Shown in pieces: positions 19,381 to 28,204 of a stretch of 64,000 nucleotides of DNA. The DNA is taken from NCBI GenBank assembly GCA_964641245.1, contig CAZXML010000002.1, forward strand, positions 10,548-74,547. Direction: 5' to 3'. Numbering within the stretch: position 1 is the first letter of the stretch; every line of letters begins with the position of its first letter. The stretch is from an uncultured Gammaproteobacteria bacterium (GTDB taxonomy: Bacteria > Patescibacteriota > Patescibacteriia > Magasanikbacterales > GWA2-37-8). The notes below the pieces were generated by a model. It saw nothing but the letters and a program-made list of their open reading frames with translations. It had not been told where the DNA came from and ran no database searches. The position numbers were made by a program, and so were the translations under genes.

Positions 19381-22300
19381 CTATACAACAATACTCACCA
19401 ATTTTCCTTTTACGTAAATTATTTTCTTCGGTTCTTTGCCGTCCAGCCATTTTTGGACTTTCTCACCGGCCAGCGCTAATTTTTTAATTTCCTCTTCCCC
19501 CATTTCCGCCGCCACTTTAATTTCATCACGGACCTTGCCGTTAATTTGCACGGCCAAAGTCATGGTGCTTTCTTTGGTCAGTTCCAAATTATATTCCGGC
19601 CATGGTTCGTATACCAGTGTTTTATTATTACCCAAAGTATTCCACAGTTCTTCGCACATGTGTGGGGCAAAGGGAGAAAGGATTTTGAGGAGTGAGGAGT
19701 AGTGAGTAAGGAGTATTGATTCCTGCTTGGACATTTCGTTTACCAATTCCATCATTTTAGCAATGGCGGTATTAAATCGCATGGCTTCGATATCATCTCC
19801 AACTTTTTGAATTGTTTGATGGAGCAGTGTAGTCAACTTGTCATTCTGAGGTGTAACCGAAGAATCCCTTTTGTCCGACAGAGAGGGATCCTTCACTTTG
19901 TTCAGGATGACAACGTTGCTGTCCGACAGTTTATCTTGCAACAGCCACACTCTATCCAAAAATCTTTTAACCCCAACTACTCCATTCGTATCCCACTCCA
20001 CCGCCTGATCAAACGGACCCATAAACATTATATATGTACGCAAAGCATCCGCGCCGAATTTTTCTACCATTTCGTCCGGATTGACAACGTTGCCTTTGGA
20101 CTTGGACATTTTTTCTCCGCCTTTGGACAGAATCATTCCGTGCGCCGTGCGTTTGGCGTATGGTTCGGAGTGCGGCACCAAACCAATGTCGTGCAAAAAG
20201 ATATTCCAAAAACGGGAATACAATAAATGCAAAACCACATGTTCCATTCCCCCGTTATACCAATCCACCGGCATCCAGTATTTTAATAATTCTTGATTCC
20301 AATAATTTTGATTTTTGATTTTTGATTTTTGACCTCCGAGCGCGTATGCAAGGTAATACCAGCTGGACCCGGCCCAGTTCGGCATGGTGTCGGTTTCTCG
20401 CTTGGCCGGACCGCCACACTTTGGGCATTTGGTATTAACCCATTTTTCCATTGCGGCCAGCGGCGATTCGCCCGTATCGGTAGGCTGATACTTTTTTACC
20501 TTTGGCAATTCTAAAGGCAATTCACTTTCCGGCAATGGAACCCAACCGCAATCCGGACAATTTACTAAAGGAATCGGTTCGCCCCAGTAGCGTTGGCGGG
20601 AAAATACCCAGTCGCGTAATTTGAATTGCACTTGCGGTTTACCGCCGACAAATTCAATAATCTCCGATTTTGCTTTTTTGGAATCCATTCCGCTAAACTG
20701 TCCGGAATTAACTAACTCGCCGGATTCGGTAAATACTTGCGTTCCGAAAATCTTATTAATATCTGTCGATTCTTTTAGAACCTGATCTTCCGGCAACAAT
20801 TCCCGTAGCGCGTCATACCCGCAATAACCCCAAGCGCAACCAATTAACTTTTTACGGTCCATAAAATTTTCCAACTCATAGACATCGGCCTTGGAGTCCG
20901 TAAAATAATAGACATCGCTCACTTTAATTCCCCAGTCTTTGCAAACCATTTCTATTTTTTCTTCTTTGGAATGATGGTCTTCAAAAGAAAGAACATGCGT
21001 CGGATTTAGACCGGTCTGCTGACTTCTCTCCCGCATATAAAGTCCGGACCCGGCGGAAATCACCGCAATTTTTGTATTTGGTATATTTTTTACCAGGCCG
21101 ACAAATTCATCAAACAGCGGAAAATTAATTTTTGCCATATGCTCGCCAAATTTTTGTGTCCATTCCAGATTTTTTTTCACTTCTTCTTCGGATAAATTAT
21201 GCCCTCTCGTATGATTAGGCTTCCTGCTAAAATACTGGTTAATTGACTCAACCGCTTCTTCTCTGTTTTTTACATCGCCCATTTTTAGTCTGGTCACAAT
21301 TGAAGCCTCGTACGTATCTCCAAGCACTCCATCAAAATCAAAAATTAAATACTTAGGTTTTTGTTCTTTGGAACGCACTACTTCCACAATCGGCAAACCA
21401 AATTTTTTGGCAAACTCATAATCACGCTCATCGTGCGCCGGCACGCCCATAATGGCGCCCGTGCCCACTTCGCCCAAAACATAATTTGTTATCCAAACCG
21501 GAACTTCTTTTTTTGTGGCCGGATTTACCGCTTTAACTCCGGCGTCCACTCCGGTTTTGGCCATTTCTTCTCTGGTGGTGGCGGCCGCGCGCTCGGCAAT
21601 TGTTTCTTCAATATATTTTTTAACTTCTTCACTTGCTTCCCAACCGCCATCCAGCCATTTTTTTGCCAACTCGGCCGAAATAGCGACAAAGGTCGCGCCA
21701 AAAATTGTGTCGGGACGGGTGGTAAAGACTTCGATGTCATTGCGAGGAGCCAAAGGCGACGCGGCAATCCCATTGTTAGTACCACCAGTACTTTGGGATT
21801 GCTTCGCTTTGCTCGCAATGACAAAATGAATAAGCGCGCCTTCCGAACGTCCAATCCAATTTTCCTGCTGTACCCGCGCGCGTTCTATATAGTCTACATT
21901 TTTGAGTCCGGCCAAAAGTTTATCGGCGTATTTGGTAATGGCCAGCATCCATTGTTCTTTATTTCTTTTTTCTACCGGTGTACCACAGCGTTCGCAGCAG
22001 CCGTTAACCACCTCTTCGTTGGCCAAACCAATTTTATCTTTGGGACACCAATTTATAGGCTGATTTTTTTTGTATGCCAGGCCATGTTTAAAAAATTGTA
22101 AAAAAAGCCACTGCGTCCATTTATAATATTTGGGATTAGAAGTATCTACAGTCCTGGACCAATCAAAACTATAACCCAACATTTTTAACTGGCGCGTAAA
22201 ATTGGCAATATTTTTCTTGGTGACTTCCGCCGGTTGCTTGCCGGTTTTAATAGCGTAATTTTCCGTAGGCAAACCAAAAGAATCAAAACCAATCGGAAAC

Positions 22301-22521
22301 AAAACATTTTTGCCGTCCATTCTTTTTTTTCGGGAAATTACATCCATGGCCGTAAAAGGCCGCGGATGGCCCACGTGCAAACCCTCGCCACTAGGGTAAG
22401 GAAATTCTATCAGCGAATAAAACTTTTCCTTGTCTTTATCTTCTGTAACTTCAAAAGTCTTATGGCTCTCCCAATACTTTTGCCATTTCTTTTCTATTAA
22501 CTTAGGATTATACTTTTTCAT
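19381..22521 (-). CDS. leuS: leucine--tRNA ligase with three in-frame insertions (family C element, HAD-like domain, family B element)
   Basis: HVGH (HIGH), editing-domain VFTTRPDT and GTGAIMGVPAHDERDYEFA, KMSKSKGN; 1046 aa vs typical 800-880. Confidence 0.93.
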   Translation of the reverse strand: MKKYNPKLIEKKWQKYWESHKTFEVTEDKDKEKFYSLIEFPYPSGEGLHVGHPRPFTAMDVISRKKRMDGKNVLFPIGFDSFGLPTENYAIKTGKQPAEVTKKNIANFTRQLKMLGYSFDWSRTVDTSNPKYYKWTQWLFLQFFKHGLAYKKNQPINWCPKDKIGLANEEVVNGCCERCGTPVEKRNKEQWMLAITKYADKLLAGLKNVDYIERARVQQENWIGRSEGALIHFVIASKAKQSQSTGGTNNGIAASPLAPRNDIEVFTTRPDTIFGATFVAISAELAKKWLDGGWEASEEVKKYIEETIAERAAATTREEMAKTGVDAGVKAVNPATKKEVPVWITNYVLGEVGTGAIMGVPAHDERDYEFAKKFGLPIVEVVRSKEQKPKYLIFDFDGVLGDTYEASIVTRLKMGDVKNREEAVESINQYFSRKPNHTRGHNLSEEEVKKNLEWTQKFGEHMAKINFPLFDEFVGLVKNIPNTKIAVISAGSGLYMRERSQQTGLNPTHVLSFEDHHSKEEKIEMVCKDWGIKVSDVYYFTDSKADVYELENFMDRKKLIGCAWGYCGYDALRELLPEDQVLKESTDINKIFGTQVFTESGELVNSGQFSGMDSKKAKSEIIEFVGGKPQVQFKLRDWVFSRQRYWGEPIPLVNCPDCGWVPLPESELPLELPKVKKYQPTDTGESPLAAMEKWVNTKCPKCGGPAKRETDTMPNWAGSSWYYLAYALGGQKSKIKNQNYWNQELLKYWMPVDWYNGGMEHVVLHLLYSRFWNIFLHDIGLVPHSEPYAKRTAHGMILSKGGEKMSKSKGNVVNPDEMVEKFGADALRTYIMFMGPFDQAVEWDTNGVVGVKRFLDRVWLLQDKLSDSNVVILNKVKDPSLSDKRDSSVTPQNDKLTTLLHQTIQKVGDDIEAMRFNTAIAKMMELVNEMSKQESILLTHYSSLLKILSPFAPHMCEELWNTLGNNKTLVYEPWPEYNLELTKESTMTLAVQINGKVRDEIKVAAEMGEEEIKKLALAGEKVQKWLDGKEPKKIIYVKGKLVSIVV
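20737..21375 (-). other. HAD-superfamily hydrolase-like domain inserted in-frame in LeuS (residues ~383-595)
   Basis: motif I LIFDFDGVLGDT, motif II-like IAVISAGSG, motif IV-like FTDSKADV; flanked by canonical LeuS segments FAKKFGLPI (end of CP1) and KLRDWVFSRQRYWGEPIP. Confidence 0.6.
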
Positions 22522-22533
22522 AAAATTCGCTCG

Positions 22534-22632
22534 GTGCCGTGGCCTCCCTCCCCTACAAGGGGAGGAATAGAGGGTGAGGTTTGGTTTAACAAAACCCCCT
22601 CCACCGTCCTCCCCCTTATAGGGGGAGGAAAA
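22534..22632. repeat. family E GC-rich palindromic element
   Basis: see 4519-4636. Confidence 0.75.
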
Positions 22633-22997
22633 TAAAGAAGGAATTAGTCTTATTAGTATAATTAGTATTCAATAAATAATCAAGATAAAAAAATAACGGA
22701 TTCAATGATAGAGAAAGGTTTGATCACTCGCTCCTCATTAAATCCGTCTAATTGCCTATTAATGAGCGCTCAGTCAAGATTATCTATTAGCACAAGGAAA
22801 TCATTTACAAGCTGCCTGTACTTGTCCATTTCGGTGAGTTTGCCTGGGTCGAAATATTTCGCGGCCAACTTCTCGGCTTTCTCACGCTTTTTTCTAACGA
22901 TAAAATGCCCTAGATTAATGGCCGCTTGATCTGCCTCTTCGTCTTTACGATTCGTCATGACTAGGCCTCCTTAATTTTTATCATACACTACTAACAA

Positions 22998-23030
22998 TTA
23001 AAAATCAAAAGACAGGCTCTTCACCTGTCT
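22998..23030 (-). terminator. intrinsic terminator downstream of trxA
   Basis: minus-strand hairpin gacagg-tgaagag-cctgtc followed by T-run. Confidence 0.5.
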
Positions 23031-23063
23031 CGTGCTTTATGAACTTTATAGACTTTACGGACT

Positions 23064-23390
23064 TTATGGACTCAACTGTTTCTCCATCATCGCCTGCAGT
23101 TTTTCTTTTGGCACTCCGCCCACCATCTGATCTACCACTTCGCCATTTTTAAACACCATAAAAGAAGGAATACTCATTACATTATATCTGGCCGCGATAT
23201 CTCCGTTTTCATCCACATTAAGTTTGCCGATTTTAATATTTTTGCCTTCGTATTTTTTGGCCAAGTCATCTACAATCGGGCCCATCATTTGGCAAGGACC
23301 GCACCAAGCCGCCCAAAAATCCACAAACACGGGCGCGCCTGATTTTAAAACTTCTTCGTTAAAATTTGCGTCGGTAAAAGTTTGTTCCAT
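23064..23390 (-). CDS. trxA: thioredoxin
   Basis: WCGPC active site; ATG at 23390. Confidence 0.92.
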   Translation of the reverse strand: MEQTFTDANFNEEVLKSGAPVFVDFWAAWCGPCQMMGPIVDDLAKKYEGKNIKIGKLNVDENGDIAARYNVMSIPSFMVFKNGEVVDQMVGGVPKEKLQAMMEKQLSP

Positions 23391-23409
23391 AAACAAAATA
23401 TAAAATTAA

Positions 23410-23458
23410 GAAATAAGGAAATAAGGAAATTTAACGAAACAGTTTCTTAATTTCCTAA
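23410..23458 (-). terminator. long hairpin/intrinsic terminator downstream of infB
   Basis: aggaaatttaacgaaacagtttcttaatttcct inverted repeat with flanking T-rich tract on minus strand. Confidence 0.5.
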
Positions 23459-23470
23459 TTTCTCAATTTC

Positions 23471-25486
23471 TTATTCTAGGATCAACTTCTTCTCCTTTTC
23501 TTCTTCCACGAAAGCTTCCAGCACATCGCCGACTTCCAATTTTAATTTTCCGTCAAATTGCAAACCGCCTTCGTTTCCTTCCGGCAATTCGTTAACTGTT
23601 TGCTTTCCGGATTGCAGTTGAGGAATTTTTCCCATACCAACCACTTCTCCGTTACGGCGCACGCGCGCCTGGGCGTCTTTTTTTAATTTACCGTCTTCCA
23701 CCCGGCCGCCCACAATCATGCTATTTTTGGTGGTGCGGAAAATATTGGAGACGCGCATTTTGCCGAGTTCAATAATAATTTTTTCCGGATTAAGCAGTTT
23801 CTTTAGTTCCGCTTTTACAAAATCCAGTAGGTTATAGATTACACTAAATTGCAAAAATTGTATATTTTTATCCTGAATCATGTTTTGCGCGGTGGTGGCG
23901 GGAGTTACATTGAAGCCGAAAATTATGGCGTGAGCGGTTTCCGCTTTAGCCACATCATCGGCGGTAATATTTCCTAAACCCTTGCCGATTATCCGCACTC
24001 CCACTTCATCATTTTTTATTTTTTCTAAAGAACCGATTATCGCTTCCAGCGAACCCAAAGTATCGGTTTTAATCACCAGATTTAAAACTTTCTTTTTTTC
24101 TTCTTCTTCCACATCGGCGGAAGCGGAAATAACTTTTTTCTCGGCGCCGGATTGTTTATTTCTTTTTTCTTTTAAATTAATGCCGGTGGCTGTGGCCGCG
24201 CTGCCCACATCCAAAATATCTCCGACTTGCGGGGCAACTTTAAAACCTAAAATTCGGACCGGACAACTTGGCCCCGCTTCTTTTAAATTTTCTCCCTTAT
24301 AATTTTTCATGGCGCGCACTTTGCCGTAAATTTCGCCGTTCACAACTAGCGGATCATTTAATTTTAAAGTTCCGGTTTGCACCAACACTGTGGCGACCGG
24401 CCCTTCGCCTTTGTCTACGTGCGCTTCGATGACCGTACCCGCGGCCGCTCTGTCCGGATTGGCTTTTATTTCTTCCGCGTGCACATCGGCCACCAATAAT
24501 AAAACATCTAAAAGTTTATCTATATTTAAATTTTGTTTGGCGGAAATTTCTACCATCGGCACTTCCCCGCCCCACTCTTCGGCTTGAATTCCGTGTTGAG
24601 ATAAATCCGCGCGCACTTTTTTGGCATCGGCGCCTTCTTTATCTATTTTATTTATCGCCACTACCACCGGCAATTTAACCGCTTTAATAATATTTATTGC
24701 TTCTATGGTTTGCGGTTTCACACTATCATCCGCGGCCACCACCAACACGGCAATATCGGCCACTTTAGCGCCACGCCCACGCATAACCGTAAAGGCTTCG
24801 TGGCCCGGAGTGTCTATAAAAGTAATGGGAGATTTTTCTTTTGTTTTTGGATTTGTCCAAACCACTTGGTACGCGCCAATGTGCTGGGTAATACCGCCGG
24901 CTTCCTGGCCCATCACATTTGCACTTCGGATAGAATCCAGCAATTTTGTTTTTCCGTGGTCTACGTGCCCCATCACTACTATAATAGGAGGACGCGCCAC
25001 CACGGCATCATCGGTTAAAATATTTTCTAAATTATCTACATGTTCGGTGGATTCCTCTTTTGCTTCTGTTTGTGTTTCCGCGATGGAAAACCCTAAATCC
25101 TGCGCCACCAGCACCGCTGTATCATGATCTATATTTTCATTTTGAGTAGCTAGAATTCCGTTCTTCATGAATTCCATTATTAGTCTTGTAACCGGCACCT
25201 GCAATAAATCCGCCAGTTCGCGGACGGTAATTTTGTTTGGAAGCGAGACGCTAACACCGCTACTTTGGCGCGCTTCTTTTTCCAGTTCTTTTTGTTTTTC
25301 TTTTTCTCTTTGTTCTTTTTCTTCTATTTGAGATTTAATCCGTTTCCACTGCCGGATTATCTGTTGCGCCACCCGGTCGTCTACTTTTATAGACTTCGCG
25401 CCCACATCAAAACCAAACTCCGGCAAAATTTGCAAAAGTTTTTGAGGGTGGATTTTGAGTTGTCGGGCTAGTTCGGAGACGTTCAT
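23471..25486 (-). CDS. infB: translation initiation factor IF-2
   Basis: G-domain [22 protein letters not shown]; 671 aa. Confidence 0.95.
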   Translation of the reverse strand: MNVSELARQLKIHPQKLLQILPEFGFDVGAKSIKVDDRVAQQIIRQWKRIKSQIEEKEQREKEKQKELEKEARQSSGVSVSLPNKITVRELADLLQVPVTRLIMEFMKNGILATQNENIDHDTAVLVAQDLGFSIAETQTEAKEESTEHVDNLENILTDDAVVARPPIIVVMGHVDHGKTKLLDSIRSANVMGQEAGGITQHIGAYQVVWTNPKTKEKSPITFIDTPGHEAFTVMRGRGAKVADIAVLVVAADDSVKPQTIEAINIIKAVKLPVVVAINKIDKEGADAKKVRADLSQHGIQAEEWGGEVPMVEISAKQNLNIDKLLDVLLLVADVHAEEIKANPDRAAAGTVIEAHVDKGEGPVATVLVQTGTLKLNDPLVVNGEIYGKVRAMKNYKGENLKEAGPSCPVRILGFKVAPQVGDILDVGSAATATGINLKEKRNKQSGAEKKVISASADVEEEEKKKVLNLVIKTDTLGSLEAIIGSLEKIKNDEVGVRIIGKGLGNITADDVAKAETAHAIIFGFNVTPATTAQNMIQDKNIQFLQFSVIYNLLDFVKAELKKLLNPEKIIIELGKMRVSNIFRTTKNSMIVGGRVEDGKLKKDAQARVRRNGEVVGMGKIPQLQSGKQTVNELPEGNEGGLQFDGKLKLEVGDVLEAFVEEEKEKKLILE

Positions 25487-25542
25487 ATGTTTAAGTATTC
25501 AATATTATACTGCATTAAAATCCATAAGTCAATTAGAAACCT

Positions 25543-25571
25543 TGACAAAATACAAAAAATACCCTATAATC
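25543..25571 (+). promoter_or_regulatory. consensus sigma70 promoter TTGACA-17-TATAAT
   Basis: exact TTGACA (25543-25548) and TATAAT (25566-25571) with 17-nt spacer; followed by inverted repeat cctctctag/ctagagg (possible operator) and the GC-rich ORF. Confidence 0.6.
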
Positions 25572-25616
25572 CTCTCTAGTTAGAGGATTGTCCTCTAGAA
25601 ATGGAGAGTCGGGAAA

Positions 25617-25967
25617 ATGGAAAAGATGGCGAGGTCAAACGGCACCACGAAGCGCGGAACGCACCACCAGCCGGAGATCGTCACCCAGATCATGTTGTGC
25701 CGCAAAGACCAGCTACCCGCCTGCCAAGACCGACTGGTGGAAGTCGTCTACCACGGAGGATCTCTGTACTCCAGCTGGCACATCTTTACCAAAATGCGCC
25801 GGCAGTTCCAGAAAAAGTTCGGCCACCCCATTCCGGGGGTCACCGACACCTACGAAGGTCCAGTGCGAACCAGGTTGAATGTCAACCAGTTCATCGATGG
25901 TTCAGCCGGAGAGGAGCTCTGGTGGGTTTTCATCCGCATCGTGCTCAAGGACGAAATCGTTCACTAG
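25617..25967 (+). CDS. hypothetical protein in GC-rich (~55-58%) island
   Basis: 116-aa ORF with balanced composition; the two overlapping ORFs in other frames are Arg/Pro/Ser-rich artefacts of high GC; GGAGAG RBS 9 nt upstream. Confidence 0.45.
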   Translation: MEKMARSNGTTKRGTHHQPEIVTQIMLCRKDQLPACQDRLVEVVYHGGSLYSSWHIFTKMRRQFQKKFGHPIPGVTDTYEGPVRTRLNVNQFIDGSAGEELWWVFIRIVLKDEIVH

Positions 25968-26098
25968 CTCCTTCCTACACCCAGCCAAAGAACTGCCGCC
26001 CGGCGGTTCTTATTACTTATCCACACCCTCTAAATCTTTACAAAACATTCTTTTTATAATACAATCTGGTTCATCAAACAACCTTGAGGGGGTGGAAA

Positions 26099-26434
26099 AT
26101 GAAAAAACTCGTCAAAAAAATTGCGATTGTGCTGATGAATGAAACTCGGTATCAAGAACGAGAAGATTTTTTCCATCACATAATTAAGCGGCTACAAACT
26201 CACCGGTGCACCCCTGTCCCCGGCTTCTACTTCAAAGACAACTCACCCACCATTGAAGCCGTGTTTGATGTTGGTATTTTTGTAGAATCAGTTTTAGATA
26301 AAAACGATGGACTTGTCCAAATTACCATTGTCTGCCGCGCCCTACATCTTCGGGTTGAAGATCTGTGCCAATATTTACCGCCCAGTTCCGTGCCAAAACT
26401 TCTGGCCAAAATAGCCGGCCAGCCGAATTCTTAA
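26099..26434 (+). CDS. hypothetical protein (second gene of GC-rich cassette)
   Basis: 111 aa from ATG 26099 preceded by GAGGGGGTGG RBS; followed by intrinsic terminator. Confidence 0.45.
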   Translation: MKKLVKKIAIVLMNETRYQEREDFFHHIIKRLQTHRCTPVPGFYFKDNSPTIEAVFDVGIFVESVLDKNDGLVQITIVCRALHLRVEDLCQYLPPSSVPKLLAKIAGQPNS

Positions 26435-26477
26435 GCTGCTCTTTATATCATCATATCATCGGCCAACAGTCAAAGAA

Positions 26478-26506
26478 CCCCGACCTAGTCGGGGTCTTGT
26501 TATTTA
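26478..26506 (+). terminator. intrinsic terminator
   Basis: ccccgac-cta-gtcgggg hairpin followed by tcttgttattt. Confidence 0.65.
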
Positions 26507-26576
26507 TACGAAATTAACGCACAATGATACAGTGTCGCATTTCAATGGACGTTACGCGGCATGATTTCGTTAAATC

Positions 26577-27560
26577 ATGGAAAATTTTTTACTCATAAAT
26601 AAACCGGAGGGCTGGACCAGTTTTGACGTGGTTGGTTTTGTGCGGAAAAAATTGATGAACGAACAGGCCAATTCACCCCTACCCCGCGCGTCGTCGTCAA
26701 AGCCTTTGGCGACGTACGACCCAAGCGGGGAGTTAACGAAACGAATTGAAAAACAAAAGCGAATTAAAGTCGGCCACGCCGGCACTCTGGATCCTTTTGC
26801 TACGGGACTTTTAATTGTCGGTGTTGGGCGCGAGGCCACAAAAAAACTGGATGAATTTAAAATGATGCCCAAAACTTATGTGGCTACGATTAAGCTGGGC
26901 GAAGTTTCGGATACGTTTGATCGCACCGGACACATCACAATTTGTCATCCTGAATTTATTTACAAGTCGAGCGAGAGAAGAGTAAATTTATTTACTCTTC
27001 CGAGCGAGCGACGTAAATATGTATTAAACTATATTTCAGGATCTGTCGACAAGATGCTGAAACAAGTTCAGCATGACAATAAACAAATACCGGAACTAAA
27101 ACAAATAAAAGAAGTCATAAAATCATTCACCGGCAAGCAAAAACAAATCCCGCCGATGTTTTCGGCTAAAAAAATAAACGGCCAGCGTTTGTATGATTTG
27201 GCCAGAAAAGGAATTACTGTGGAAAGGCAACCAAATGAAATAGAAATTTATGACATTAAAATATTAGACTATCCCGATTTCGGTGCGACCGAAATCGCGG
27301 ATCCTCGATTTTGTCCCGATTCCGCTTTGGTGCGGAATCGTGGATCCTCGATTTTCCGCGAAGGAAAATCGGGACAAAATCGGGACACTTGGCCTTTTTT
27401 GAAAATTGAAGTACAATGTTCAGCAGGTACCTACATCCGTTCTCTGGCCGATGATATAGGGAGGAAGCTGGAAACTGGAGCTTATTGCGACCAGTTGGTG
27501 CGCACTAAAATTGGAGAATACACACTAGATAAAGCGCTTAATATTAATAATTTAATCTAA
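26577..27560 (+). CDS. truB: tRNA pseudouridine(55) synthase TruB carrying three in-frame inserted elements
   Basis: KPEGWTSFDVV, catalytic GHAGTLDP, TruB C-terminal region; 327 aa vs usual 230-300; inserts at ~26650-26750 (GC-rich), 26943-27079 (family A with nested family D), 27296-27388 (family G). Confidence 0.85.
   Translation: MENFLLINKPEGWTSFDVVGFVRKKLMNEQANSPLPRASSSKPLATYDPSGELTKRIEKQKRIKVGHAGTLDPFATGLLIVGVGREATKKLDEFKMMPKTYVATIKLGEVSDTFDRTGHITICHPEFIYKSSERRVNLFTLPSERRKYVLNYISGSVDKMLKQVQHDNKQIPELKQIKEVIKSFTGKQKQIPPMFSAKKINGQRLYDLARKGITVERQPNEIEIYDIKILDYPDFGATEIADPRFCPDSALVRNRGSSIFREGKSGQNRDTWPFLKIEVQCSAGTYIRSLADDIGRKLETGAYCDQLVRTKIGEYTLDKALNINNLI
26943..27079. repeat. family A element with nested family D element, in-frame inside truB
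   Basis: tgtcatcctgaatttatttacaag[tcgagcgagagaag...ttccgagcgagcgacg]...caggatct...gatgctgaaacaagttcagcatgaca. Confidence 0.8.
27296..27388. repeat. family G element (atcgaggatcc/tcgattttgtcccgat type) in-frame inside truB
   Basis: related copies 12908-12953 and 27988-28053. Confidence 0.7.
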
Positions 27561-27564
27561 AAGT

Positions 27565-27792
27565 ATGCCAAAACCAAAACAAGAAGCTACACTCGATCCG
27601 TGGATTATTGAAGAAATAAAAAGGAAGAAGCAGGAGAAAGAAGAGAGAGAAAGAGAAAAACAACCGCAAATTGACCTGCCGGAAAACGATATGCCCTACC
27701 ATGACCCCGAAGAAAGAAGAAGATGGGAAGAAGAGGAAGAACGAAAGAGAAAAGATAGTCCGGGAGGCGTAGAAAAAATAGATTTGCTCTAA
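27565..27792 (+). CDS. small highly charged hypothetical protein
   Basis: 75-aa K/E/R-rich ORF starting 5 nt after truB stop. Confidence 0.25.
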   Translation: MPKPKQEATLDPWIIEEIKRKKQEKEEREREKQPQIDLPENDMPYHDPEERRRWEEEEERKRKDSPGGVEKIDLL

Positions 27793-28134
27793 TTTGACAA
27801 AGTCATCCAAAAATGATACTATTTAATTAGCCTAACTAATTAATTGATTTTTGAGTACTTACCTTTTAAGAAGAATCCGAAAAGATTGCGATTCGTTGAA
27901 CAGCAAGTCCTACACTAAAATTATGCTAATTAAACAGCAAAACGACCTCCGCATCGACACACTTTCCCAAACCGAGGAGTAGTTTTTTTGTCCCGATTTT
28001 GACTTAGGTCAAAATCGAGGATGCTCGATTTTGCGCCAAAGCAAAATCGGCATAAACATAATTTCTAATTAGCAGGATTTCTTCTTGAATTTACAAGGTA
28101 ATGACCAAAAGTCATGTATATTTTTGGTATAATC

Positions 28135-28204
28135 GAAGTGAGTGAGCGAAATATTCAGCTTGCTGATATATTTCCGAGCGAACGAGATTATATGTATTAC
28201 CTAT
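28135..28204. repeat. family D element immediately upstream of rny start
   Basis: see 14030-14100. Confidence 0.65.

Noticed and set aside
25588-26059. Three overlapping forward ORFs (25588, 25601, 25617) in the GC-rich segment
   Set aside because: Two of the frames give Arg/Pro/Ser-rich low-complexity translations typical of out-of-frame reads of GC-rich DNA. Only 25617-25967 retained.
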